From Lysobacterales bacterium (GTDB lineage Bacteria > Pseudomonadota > Gammaproteobacteria > Xanthomonadales > SZUA-5), in assembly GCA_019187485.1 (NCBI GenBank), contig JABAQR010000001.1, positions 40,359-104,358 of the forward strand: a stretch of DNA of 64,000 bases. Reading direction: 5' to 3'. The translations under genes and the position numbers were made by a program. The first letter of the stretch is position 1, and the number at the start of each line of letters is the position of its first letter. This document shows, in pieces, positions 23,048 through 32,192 of the stretch. The notes under the pieces were generated by a model. That model had not been told where the DNA came from. It did not search any database and was given only the letters and a program-made list of their open reading frames with translations.

Positions 23048-23465
23048 GGAGGGGCAGTGAATGGTGAGTCGTGACTAGGCTTCGACATGCGGGATGGTCG
23101 ACGCATCCGCCAGGAAGTTACCGAAGACAGACGTCCTGGTGACTGAGTCACTCGACCGGTGCCCACCGGGTGCGTGCAGTATCCGGGTCAATCGCAGGAA
23201 GTTGCGGTGAACGGGTGCGATGGTTGCGACCCGGATATCCGATCCCTTCGTGGTGCCGGACTGTGTGCCACGCCCGGCGCGCAGACACGCAGAACTCTTA
23301 ATGGGACGTCTGGACGTCCAGTGTAGAGGCCGTGCGCCGGTGTGGACAAGGGCATCCGGCGCGTGCGGATGGCATGCCGGGTTCTCATAAGTACACGGCG
23401 TGTACTCATTTCTACGGCCGTGCCTACGGTCATACCCTGCCTGCATCCGCCTGCGGAAGCCATCG

Positions 23466-24884
23466 ATGGACCTGTACCCGCTGTTCGCCGATCTCAAGGA
23501 ACGCCGCGTGTTGGTGGTGGGCGGCGGCGCCGTCGCGACGCGCAAGATCGAAATGCTGCTGCGCGCCGGGGCGTGCGTGGAGGTGGTGGCGGCGCGGCTT
23601 TGCGGGCGTCTGCTGGCGCTGCGCCGGGGCGGGTCCATCCGCCATCGCGCCTTGCTGTTCGCGCCGCCACAGCTGGACGGCGTGTGGCTGGTGGTGGCGG
23701 CCACCGACGATGCCAAGCTGAACCAGCGCGTGGCCGCCGTCGCGGCGGCGCGCCAGGTCTTCGCCAACGTGGTCGACGATGTCGCCCTGTCCTCTTTCCA
23801 AGTGCCGGCGGTGGTCGATCGTTCGCCGCTGGTGGTAGCGGTCTCCTCGGGCGGTGCTGCGCCGATGCTCGCGCGTGCGGTGCGCGAGCGCATCGAAGTG
23901 CTGCTGGCGCCTTCGCTGGGCCCGCTCGCGCGCCTGCTCGAGCGTGCCCGCGCTCGCATCCGCGCGGCGCTGCCGTCGACCGGTCGGCGGCAATGGTACG
24001 AGCGGCTGCTCGCCGGTTCGTTGCCGGCACTGGTCGCAGCCGGCCGCGAGGACGCCGCCGCCACGGAACTGGAACGCGCACTGGTGCAGCCGCAGGCGAC
24101 TCCGGTCGGGCGCGTGACCTTGGTCGGCGCCGGCCCCGGCGCCGCCGGTCTGCTGACGCTCGACGCGCTGCGCGCCTTGCAGCAGGCGGACGTGATCCTG
24201 CACGACGCGCTGGTCTTGCCCGAAGTGCTCGATCTCGCCCGGCGCGATGCCGAGCGCATCGACGTCGGCAAGCGCGCCGGCGGCGTCGGCACCTCGCAGG
24301 CGCGCATCCACGAGTTGCTGCTCGAGCACGCCCGCGCCGGGCGCGCGGTGGTGCGCCTGAAGGGCGGCGATCCCTGCGTGTTCGGGCGCGGCGGCGAGGA
24401 GATGCAGGCGCTACGCGCGGCCGGCATCGCGTACACGCTGGTGCCCGGCGTGACCGCCGCGCTCGCCTGCGCCGCCTATGCCGGCATTCCGTTGACCCAT
24501 CGCGGGCATGCACAGTCGCTGCGCCTGCTCACCGCGCACTGCGCCGATTCGATCGACAGCCTCGACTGGCGTGCGCTGGCCGCCGAGCGACAGACGCTCG
24601 CGGTCTACATGGGCAGCCAGTGCTCGCAGCGCTTGCGGGATCGCCTGCTCGCGCATGGCCGTCCCGCGGACACGCCGGTCGCGTTGATCGAAAACGGCAC
24701 GTGCACCAACCAGCGCGTGCTGCGCGGCAGTCTCGACGAGCTGCCGGCATTGGCGCATGCGCTCACGCCCGGCGCGCCGGCACTGTTGGTCATCGGTGAG
24801 GTGGCCATGCTGACCGACGCGTTGCATTGGTTCGGTGATCCGCCGAGTCGCCTGCCGGCGGCAGGGCTGGCGCGGGCGGCGTGA
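23466..24884 (+). CDS. cysG: Siroheme synthase (uroporphyrinogen-III C-methyltransferase / precorrin-2 dehydrogenase / ferrochelatase)
   Basis: MDLYPLFADLKERRVLVVGGGAVATRKIEMLL (Rossmann N-domain) and a C-terminal SUMT domain (VTLVGAGPGAAGLLTLDALRALQQADVILHDALV..RLKGGDPCVFGRGGEE). Confidence 0.92.
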   Translation: MDLYPLFADLKERRVLVVGGGAVATRKIEMLLRAGACVEVVAARLCGRLLALRRGGSIRHRALLFAPPQLDGVWLVVAATDDAKLNQRVAAVAAARQVFANVVDDVALSSFQVPAVVDRSPLVVAVSSGGAAPMLARAVRERIEVLLAPSLGPLARLLERARARIRAALPSTGRRQWYERLLAGSLPALVAAGREDAAATELERALVQPQATPVGRVTLVGAGPGAAGLLTLDALRALQQADVILHDALVLPEVLDLARRDAERIDVGKRAGGVGTSQARIHELLLEHARAGRAVVRLKGGDPCVFGRGGEEMQALRAAGIAYTLVPGVTAALACAAYAGIPLTHRGHAQSLRLLTAHCADSIDSLDWRALAAERQTLAVYMGSQCSQRLRDRLLAHGRPADTPVALIENGTCTNQRVLRGSLDELPALAHALTPGAPALLVIGEVAMLTDALHWFGDPPSRLPAAGLARAA

Positions 24885-24936
24885 GCTGCTGACTGCGGTC
24901 AAGGCAGCTTCCGGGAACGGCGGTTACGATGCCGCC

Positions 24937-26328
24937 ATGGACATCCGCTTCGACGCCGATCTGATCCGTCGTTACGACCGGCCCGGCCCGCGCTACACCT
25001 CCTATCCAACGGCCCCGCAGTTTCACGGCAACTTCGGCGCGCAGGACTATGTGGCGCAGGCGCGTGCCAGCAATGCGGGCGGTCGCCCGCTCTCGCTCTA
25101 CCTGCACATTCCTTATTGCCGATCCTCCTGCTACTACTGCGGCTGCAACCGCATCATCACCCGCAACCGCGAACGCGGTCGCACCTATCTCGACCGGCTG
25201 CTGGTCGAGATCCGGATGCAGGCGGCGTTGTTCGATCGCAGTCGCGCGGTCGACCAGTTGCACTTTGGCGGCGGCACACCGACCTACTACACGCCCGAGG
25301 AACTGGGCGAGATCTTCACCGAGCTGCGCGCGGGCTTCGGCCTGCACGCCGGCAGCGGGCGCGATTACGGCATCGAGATCGATCCGCGCACCGCCGATCC
25401 CACCGCACTGCGCGCGCTGGTCGAGCTCGGCATCAACCGCATCAGCCTCGGCGTCCAGGACTTCGACCCGGCGGTGCAGCGCGCGGTCAATCGCGTGCAG
25501 TCGGTCGACGAGACCGCGTGCCTGGTACAGGAAGCGCGCGCGGCCGGCATCCGCTCGATCAACTTCGATCTGATCTACGGGCTGCCGTTGCAGACCGTCG
25601 CCAGCTTCGAGGGTACTCTGGAGCAGGTGTTGGCGCTGCGCCCGGACCGGATCGCCGCCTACAGCTACGCGCACCTGCCGGAAATGTTCAAGGCGCAGGC
25701 GGTGATCGACCCCGCCACGCTGCCGGCGGCGGACACCCGCATGGCTCTGCTCGAAGCCACCATCGCGCGCCTGACGGCGGCTGGCTACGTGCACATCGGC
25801 ATGGACCACTACGCGCTGCCCGGGGAGGAACTCGCGGTCGCCCAGCGCGACGGCAGCCTGCAACGCAACTTTCAGGGCTACACCACCCACGGCGGCTGCG
25901 ACCTGATCGGTCTGGGCATGAGCGCGATCGGCCAGGTGGGCGATTGCTACGCGCAGAACGAGAAGCACGAGATTTCCTGGCTGCACGCGCTCGGCAGCGG
26001 CCGCCTGCCGATCCAGCGCGGCCTTCTCATCGACGCCGACGACCGCCTGCGGCGAGAGACGATCGGTCAGATCATGTGTTTCGGGCGCATCGACTACGAC
26101 CAGTTCCGCGCGCGCCACGGGATCGACTTCCGCGAGTATTTCGCGACCTCGCTGACGCGTCTGCGGCAACCCTGCGCAGATGGCCTGGTGGAGTTGCGCG
26201 ACGACGGCCTGGCGGTGACTCCGGCCGGCGCATTGCTGCTGCGCGTGATCGCGATGGCCTTCGACGCCTACCTGTCCGGCGACCGCCAGGCTCAGGCGGT
26301 GCCGGCGAGGTATTCGCGGGTGGTGTGA
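24937..26328 (+). CDS. hemN: Oxygen-independent coproporphyrinogen III oxidase (radical SAM)
   Basis: YDRPGPRYTSYPTAPQF, the radical-SAM cluster motif (YLHIPYCRSSCYYCGC) and HFGGGTPT. The start was trimmed from track ORF 24835..26328. Confidence 0.92.
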   Translation: MDIRFDADLIRRYDRPGPRYTSYPTAPQFHGNFGAQDYVAQARASNAGGRPLSLYLHIPYCRSSCYYCGCNRIITRNRERGRTYLDRLLVEIRMQAALFDRSRAVDQLHFGGGTPTYYTPEELGEIFTELRAGFGLHAGSGRDYGIEIDPRTADPTALRALVELGINRISLGVQDFDPAVQRAVNRVQSVDETACLVQEARAAGIRSINFDLIYGLPLQTVASFEGTLEQVLALRPDRIAAYSYAHLPEMFKAQAVIDPATLPAADTRMALLEATIARLTAAGYVHIGMDHYALPGEELAVAQRDGSLQRNFQGYTTHGGCDLIGLGMSAIGQVGDCYAQNEKHEISWLHALGSGRLPIQRGLLIDADDRLRRETIGQIMCFGRIDYDQFRARHGIDFREYFATSLTRLRQPCADGLVELRDDGLAVTPAGALLLRVIAMAFDAYLSGDRQAQAVPARYSRVV

Positions 26329-26633
26329 GCCTCTCATCGAGGCGTCCGACCCGCGAGGGATGGATCGTGATCGCCCCATCTGGAGCGGAAGTACGTCAAG
26401 GAAATGGCATCGCGCGCAGGGCGCGTGCCCGGTCGGATCGAACCGGTTTCTTCCTGGAGCGGGGGTACGGGAAAGCCCGCCGGTTGCCGCCTCGGTGCCA
26501 GGGAAAGCGCATCGATCGGGTCGGAGTGCCAACTCCGCTCACCCGCAAGCTCCCGTGGCCGGCGCCGTCGCGTCTCACTCGCATTCATCCCGAACCTGCT
26601 AGCTTGCGCGCAGCCACCTTGTGGAGCCGCGCC

Positions 26634-26951
26634 ATGAAAGTCCTGCCGATCATCCTGACCCTCTCCGTGCTCGGTTGCAGCGCCTGCACCTGGGTGGCGC
26701 TGGAACAGTCGGGCGCTGGCGTGCGCGTGGCGGCCGTCGATGAATCGCTGGCGCGCTGCCAGTTCCGCGGCGACATCACGGTCACCGTGACCAACCGCGT
26801 GGCCGGCGTCGAGCGCAATTCGATCAAGGTCGCCGACGAACTGGAGACGCTCGCGCGCAACGAGGCGGCGACGCTGTCGGCCAACACCATCCAGGCGAAG
26901 AGCCAGCCGGCTGGCGGCGAACAGGCCTTCGCGGCCTACGCCTGTCCCTGA
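26634..26951 (+). CDS. Small lipoprotein, DUF4156-like
   Basis: It lies at the tail of track ORF 25116..26951. MKVLPIILTLSVLGC has a lipobox, and the protein ends ..GGEQAFAAYACP. Confidence 0.7.
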   Translation: MKVLPIILTLSVLGCSACTWVALEQSGAGVRVAAVDESLARCQFRGDITVTVTNRVAGVERNSIKVADELETLARNEAATLSANTIQAKSQPAGGEQAFAAYACP

Positions 26952-26959
26952 GCCCGACG

Positions 26960-29900
26960 ATGCCGCGTCCGGCCCGCATCGCGGTGCTGGCGTGGCTGCT
27001 TGGTGTCTTTGCCCCCACATTGCCTGCCGCCACCGAGTACACGGTCGCCGAAGGACTGAGCCAGAACTCGGCGTTGGCGCTGGCGCGCGATGGCGACGGC
27101 TTCCTGTGGATCGGCACCGAGGACGGCCTCAACCGCTTCGACGGCTACGAGTTCCGCGTCTATCGGCCTTCCGACCACGATCCCGGCGCGACCGCCGCGG
27201 CCTACATCCGCGACATCGTCGTCGACGGGCGCCATCTCTTCCTCGCCACCAACGGCGGCGGTGTCGGCATCTACGACCGCCACACGGAGCGCTTCCGCAC
27301 CATCGGCATCGCCGACGGCCTGCCCGCGGACCACTACAACGCACTCGATCGCATCGGTCCGGGCACCTTGTACCTGGCCTCGCGTACGGGTCTGGCGCGC
27401 ATCGACTGGCGAGGAGATCCGATGCGCGCCGAATTTGCTGTCCGTCGCATCGAGGTCGGCAGCGATCCGCCGCGCACCGACATCTGGACTCTGCGGCGTG
27501 GCCCGGGCGGCCTGTGGGTGGGGAGCGGCGATGGTCTGTTCAGAGTCGATGCCGCCGACCGCGTGCACCCGGTGGACGTGCCCGGCGCGGAATCGCCTTT
27601 CAACGTCGATGCGCTGCTGGAGGCGCCCGCGGGCGTGCTCTGGATCGGCACCTGGAACCACGGATTGTTCCGGATCGAACTCGCCGACCGGCAGGTGCGC
27701 CGCTTTCTGCCCGGCACGGCGGATGCACCGGGGCTGCGTACACGTCGCATCATGAGTCTGGCTGCCGGCCCGGGCGGCAGCGTCTACGTCGGCACCGAGC
27801 GCGGCCTGACCTGGTACGACCCCGGCTGCGACTGCCTGAAGGCGCTCGACCACGTCCGCTCGGCGCGTGTGGCCGGGCGCGGCTTCCTGGTCGAAGCGCT
27901 CGACGTGGACGAGCGCGGTGGCGTGTTCGCCGGCCAGTGGGGCGAGGGGCTGGTGCGCTTCACGCCCTCCGACCTGATCTTCCACGTCGAGCGCGACCGC
28001 GACGAAGGCCTGCCCGGCCTGGCGCAAGGGCGCGTGCGTGCGGTGCTCGAGGATCGCCGGGGCGATCTGTGGGTAGGCAGTTTCGGTGGCGGCGTGCAGC
28101 GCGCCGCGGCGGCCGTGCGGCGCGAGGGGATCGAGTGGCCCTTCGAAGCCTTGCCATTCCCGGCCGGCACGCCGGAGGCTGCGCGCCTGGTGTGGAATCT
28201 TCAGCAGGACCGTGTCGGCCGCATCTGGGCGGCGACCGACAACGGTCTCTACTGGACCCTGCCGGAGGATCCGAGCTGGCGGCCCGAGCCGCAGCCGCCT
28301 CCACCGCAGCGCAGCGGTGGCACCCGGGTGCTGTTGCAAGACTCGCGCGGGCGACTGTGGGTGGGCTCCTCCGCCGGATTGTGGCGGATCGACGCTTTCG
28401 GTCAGCCGCGTCGGCCGGTGCCGCTGGTCAGGCCGGGCGAGGATCCGCAGTACGTGCAGCAGGACCGCAGCGTGTACGCGCTGCACGAGGACGCCGAGCA
28501 GCGCTTGTGGGTGGGTACCTCCGCTGGTCTGCACATCCTCGACCCCGAGGGCGTCTCGCTGGCGCGCCATCGCGTCGGCCCCGGGCGCCTGCCGGGCTCG
28601 ATCGTCTGGGACATCCATCGCCACACCGACGGTCATCTGTTCATCGGCAGCAACGGCGGGCTGGTGCGGGTGCTCGATGCCGATCGTCCCGATGCGCTGC
28701 GCTTCGATCCGCTCGGGCGCCTCGCCGGACTGCCGAGCGGCATGGTCTACGCGATCGCCAGTGACCGCAGCGGCCACCTCTGGCTGACCACCAACCGTGG
28801 CCTGATCCGCTTCGACCCGGCGAGTCTGCAGCACCGCATCTGGCGACGCCGCCACGGCATCGCCTCGGACGAGTTCGCGAGCGGGGCGGTCGCCGCCGGC
28901 AGCCAGGGCTGGCTCTACTTCGGCGGCATCGACGGCCTCACCGCGGTGCGTCCCGAACACCTGCACGAGACCCCGGAATTGCCGCGCCCGAGCCTCGCGC
29001 GGCTGGTCGAAGGCGGGCGCGCCGTGGCGAGTGCCGGGCGGTCGGGGCAGCCGCTGGAGCTGGTTTTCGCGCACGCGCCGCTGACGCTGGACTTCACCGG
29101 TCTGGTGTTCGATGCCCCGGACCGTGCGCGCTTTCGTTATCGGCTGGATCCGGCGGCGCCTTACCGCGAACTCGGCAGCCGCCGTACGCTGATTCTCGAC
29201 CGACTGCCGGTCGGCGAGCATCGGCTCGAACTGCGCGTCGACAACGACGAGCGCGGCGCCGCGCGCGAACTGCTGCGCCTGCGAGTCGCCCCACCGCTGT
29301 ATGCCACCTGGACCTTCCGCATCGCGATCACGTCGCTCACGCTGCTGCTGCTGGCGCTGATCTATCTGTGGCGGGTGCGCGAGATCAACCGGCAACGGCA
29401 TGCGCTCGCCGCCGAGGTGGCGGCGCGCACGCGTGAGCTGCGCGCGCAGAAGGAGGCGCTGGAGGCGACCGCCGAGGCGCTGGCCGGCGCGAACGCGCGA
29501 TTGCGCACGCTGTCGACCATCGATCCGCTGACCGGCCTGCCGAACCGACGCGCGCTGATGGAGCGCATCGAGCACCGTCTGCGCGCACCACTGGCGCCGC
29601 TGGCGCTGGCGCTGATCGACCTCGACCACTTCAAGCGGATCAACGACAGTCACGGCCATCTCGCCGGCGATGCCGTGTTGCGCGATTTCGCCGCGCTGGC
29701 CGACGGCCATCTGCGGGGCGAGCAGACGCTCGGGCGCTGGGGCGGCGAGGAATTCCTGGCTTTGCTGCCGGACATCGACGCCGCCGCTGCGCTGGCCTGG
29801 GTCGAACGTCTGCTGGCGCAGGTGCGCACGCGCCGCGTGGCCATCGGTGAGGCCACAGTGGGCTATCGCCTCAGCGTCGGCATCGCGCTGTCCGCAGCCG

Positions 29901-29992
29901 GCGACGACGCCGACCTCCTGATCGCCCGCGCCGACCGTGCGCTCTATCGCGCCAAGGACGAGGGGCGCGATCGGGCGGTGTGCCAGGCGTGA
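26960..29992 (+). CDS. Ligand-binding sensor diguanylate cyclase: two-component-regulator propeller repeats, Y_Y_Y domain, TM helix and GGDEF domain
   Basis: N-terminal signal, repeated (W/L)W(I/V)GT..GL propeller motifs, a TM helix (ITSLTLLLLALIYLW), a coiled coil, and a GGDEF domain with an intact GGEEF (RWGGEEFLALLPD). Confidence 0.9.
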   Translation: MPRPARIAVLAWLLGVFAPTLPAATEYTVAEGLSQNSALALARDGDGFLWIGTEDGLNRFDGYEFRVYRPSDHDPGATAAAYIRDIVVDGRHLFLATNGGGVGIYDRHTERFRTIGIADGLPADHYNALDRIGPGTLYLASRTGLARIDWRGDPMRAEFAVRRIEVGSDPPRTDIWTLRRGPGGLWVGSGDGLFRVDAADRVHPVDVPGAESPFNVDALLEAPAGVLWIGTWNHGLFRIELADRQVRRFLPGTADAPGLRTRRIMSLAAGPGGSVYVGTERGLTWYDPGCDCLKALDHVRSARVAGRGFLVEALDVDERGGVFAGQWGEGLVRFTPSDLIFHVERDRDEGLPGLAQGRVRAVLEDRRGDLWVGSFGGGVQRAAAAVRREGIEWPFEALPFPAGTPEAARLVWNLQQDRVGRIWAATDNGLYWTLPEDPSWRPEPQPPPPQRSGGTRVLLQDSRGRLWVGSSAGLWRIDAFGQPRRPVPLVRPGEDPQYVQQDRSVYALHEDAEQRLWVGTSAGLHILDPEGVSLARHRVGPGRLPGSIVWDIHRHTDGHLFIGSNGGLVRVLDADRPDALRFDPLGRLAGLPSGMVYAIASDRSGHLWLTTNRGLIRFDPASLQHRIWRRRHGIASDEFASGAVAAGSQGWLYFGGIDGLTAVRPEHLHETPELPRPSLARLVEGGRAVASAGRSGQPLELVFAHAPLTLDFTGLVFDAPDRARFRYRLDPAAPYRELGSRRTLILDRLPVGEHRLELRVDNDERGAARELLRLRVAPPLYATWTFRIAITSLTLLLLALIYLWRVREINRQRHALAAEVAARTRELRAQKEALEATAEALAGANARLRTLSTIDPLTGLPNRRALMERIEHRLRAPLAPLALALIDLDHFKRINDSHGHLAGDAVLRDFAALADGHLRGEQTLGRWGGEEFLALLPDIDAAAALAWVERLLAQVRTRRVAIGEATVGYRLSVGIALSAAGDDADLLIARADRALYRAKDEGRDRAVCQA

Positions 29993-30047
29993 GCGTCGGC
30001 GCAGGCTGAAGCCCGCGTCAGGCTGGGGGTGCCCGCCTTTGCCGCGT

Positions 30048-31016
30048 TCACGCGACGGGCCGCGTGTATCCGGTCAACGCCAGGGTCAGCAACTGCTTCA
30101 TCTCTTCGCGCAGCGAGACCGGGGCGACGACCTCCGCGTCCGGGCCGTAGCGCAGCACGTCCATCAGCAGTTCGCGGGCGTTGCCGAAAGGCAGTTGCAA
30201 CTCATAGCGGCCGTCGGCGAGCAGGCGGCCTTTTTGCTGCGAGTGCCAGCGCTCGTCGGCCACCCAGCGTGCCGCATGGGCGGAGAAACGGATCGTGGCC
30301 CAGGCGCGCGCGGGGCCGGAGAAAATGCCGTAGCTGTCGGCGAAATGTGCGTCGAGTTCTGCCTCCGGCCAGTCGTTCGCCGGCTTGGGCAGCATGCGCG
30401 CGGCGCTGATGCGGTCCAGCGCGAAGGAGCGCAGGGCGCGCTTGTCGAGATCGAAGGCGTCCAGATACCAGTTGTCGCGATAGTGCGTCAGTCGCTGCGG
30501 CGAGGTGTTGCGCACGCTGCCTTCGCCGGTGGAGCGCGCGCGATAGCTGAAGCCGAGTTGGCGGCGCTCCAGCACGGCGGTCGTAACGACGTGGAAGACC
30601 GCGTGGTCGAGCGCGCGACTGCCCTGGCGCAGCACGCGGATGCGCGCGAGCTGGTCCACGCGTTCGCCGACGAGTACGCGCAGACGCGGGCCAAAATCGC
30701 CCAGCGCCTCGGCCAGCGCGCCCTCGTGCCGCGCCGTCAGCGCTTCGCGCGCCACCAGCAGTGCGTAGATCTCGTCCGGCGAGAGCCACAGGCCGGGCAG
30801 TTCGAACACTCGATCCTCGTCGTGGGAATAGCGGAAATGGTGGGTTTTCTCGTCGATCGTGATCGGCGCGCCGAGACTCTCGCGCAGGAAGGCGATGTCG
30901 CGATAAACGGTGGCGCGCGAGGATCCGGTTTCCTCGATCGCGCGCTCCAGACTGAGTCCGGTGCGGTTGATCTTGAGTAGCCGGTGCAGGTGGACGATGC
31001 GTTCGTGGCGATCCAT
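30048..31016 (-). CDS. WYL-domain transcriptional regulator (HTH-WYL-WCX, YafY-like)
   Basis: MDRHERIVHLHRLLKINRTGLSLERAIEETGSSRATVYRDIAFL is the HTH. The WYL core is RLTHYRDNWYLDAFD. The track ORF 30048..32018 was trimmed to this start (rc cat at 31014-31016). Confidence 0.85.
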   Translation of the reverse strand: MDRHERIVHLHRLLKINRTGLSLERAIEETGSSRATVYRDIAFLRESLGAPITIDEKTHHFRYSHDEDRVFELPGLWLSPDEIYALLVAREALTARHEGALAEALGDFGPRLRVLVGERVDQLARIRVLRQGSRALDHAVFHVVTTAVLERRQLGFSYRARSTGEGSVRNTSPQRLTHYRDNWYLDAFDLDKRALRSFALDRISAARMLPKPANDWPEAELDAHFADSYGIFSGPARAWATIRFSAHAARWVADERWHSQQKGRLLADGRYELQLPFGNARELLMDVLRYGPDAEVVAPVSLREEMKQLLTLALTGYTRPVA

Positions 31017-31265
31017 GTATGCAGCGTCGCTTCGTTGAGGCCCTGGGGAGACGGGCGGGATGGAACACCCGATCCCGGTTCCCGTCGGCGCATACGGGGG
31101 ATCGGCCCTGCGCGTGCCGCCCGCTTGCGCTCCGTTCGTGGAACACCGGGATACCCAGCGCGCAGGTACACAGGATGTTAGCGACCAGGCTGCGCCTGGG
31201 CACGCAGCACGCGTCTTCGGGGGCCACCTATACTCGCCGCCCATTCCCGGACACCGGAACCGCGC

Positions 31266-32192
31266 ATGCGCGCGCTGGACGCCGTCGACCTCAAAAAAAC
31301 CTACAGCGGCAAGGTCGATGCGCTGAAGGGCATCTCCCTGCAGGTCGAGGAGGGCGATTTCTTTGCGCTGCTCGGGCCCAACGGTGCCGGCAAGTCGACC
31401 CTGATCGGCATCGCCGCCTCGCTGGTGCGGCCTTCCGGCGGCAGCGTGCGGATTTTCGGCAAGGACGTGGTCGCCGAACGCAGCGCCGCGGTTGCGCACG
31501 TGGGCCTGGTGCCGCAGGAATTCAACTTCAACCAGTTCGAGAAGCCCTTCGAGATCCTGGTCAACCAGGCCGGCTACTACGGCGTGCCGCGGCCGCTCGC
31601 GCGCGAACGCGCCGAGCAGTACCTGAAACAGCTCTCGCTGTGGGACAAGCGCGACGCCGCTTCGCGCTCGCTGTCGGGCGGCATGAAGCGACGGCTGATG
31701 ATCGCGCGGGCGATGATGCACGCGCCGCGACTGCTGATCCTCGACGAGCCCACCGCCGGGGTCGACATCGAGATCCGGCGCTCGATGTGGGTGTGGCTGC
31801 GCGAGATCAATCGCCTCGGGACCACCGTGATCCTGACCACGCACTACCTCGAGGAAGCCGAGAGCCTGTGCCGCAACATCGCCATCATCGACCACGGCAC
31901 GATCATCGAGCACACCACCGTCAAGGGCCTGTTGGCGACGCTCGACAAGGAGACTTTCGTGTTCGACCTGTCGGCGCCGCAGGCGCAGCCGCCGGAGTTG
32001 CCGGGCTGCATCGTGCACCGGGTGGACGACACCACCCTCGAGGTCGAGGTGCCGCGCGGCACCGAACTCAACGGCCTGTTCGGTGCGCTCAGCGCGGCCG
32101 GCATCGGCGTGCGCTCGATGCGCAACAAGGCCAACCGCCTGGAGGAACTGTTCGTGCGCCTGCTCGAGAAATCGCCCGGAGCCGCCGCTTGA
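31266..32192 (+). CDS. ABC-2-type exporter ATP-binding protein (YadG-like)
   Basis: Walker A (GPNGAGKST), signature (LSGGMKRRLMIARAM) and Walker B (LLILDEPTAGVD). Confidence 0.92.
   Translation: MRALDAVDLKKTYSGKVDALKGISLQVEEGDFFALLGPNGAGKSTLIGIAASLVRPSGGSVRIFGKDVVAERSAAVAHVGLVPQEFNFNQFEKPFEILVNQAGYYGVPRPLARERAEQYLKQLSLWDKRDAASRSLSGGMKRRLMIARAMMHAPRLLILDEPTAGVDIEIRRSMWVWLREINRLGTTVILTTHYLEEAESLCRNIAIIDHGTIIEHTTVKGLLATLDKETFVFDLSAPQAQPPELPGCIVHRVDDTTLEVEVPRGTELNGLFGALSAAGIGVRSMRNKANRLEELFVRLLEKSPGAAA

Noticed and set aside
23160-23290. A cobalamin or other riboswitch upstream of cysG
   Set aside because: I could not find the conserved B12-box or other riboswitch core motifs by eye. Only generic stems are present. 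An Infernal scan would be needed.
26380-26469. Direct repeats CTGGAGCGGAAGTACG and CTGGAGCGGGGGTACG that flank a T-arm-like CCGGT-CGGATCGA-ACCGG, considered as a tRNA or tRNA remnant
   Set aside because: No cloverleaf can be built. The T-loop is non-canonical, the anticodon loop lacks U33 context, and the acceptor pairing is poor. It is at most a fragment or a coincidence.
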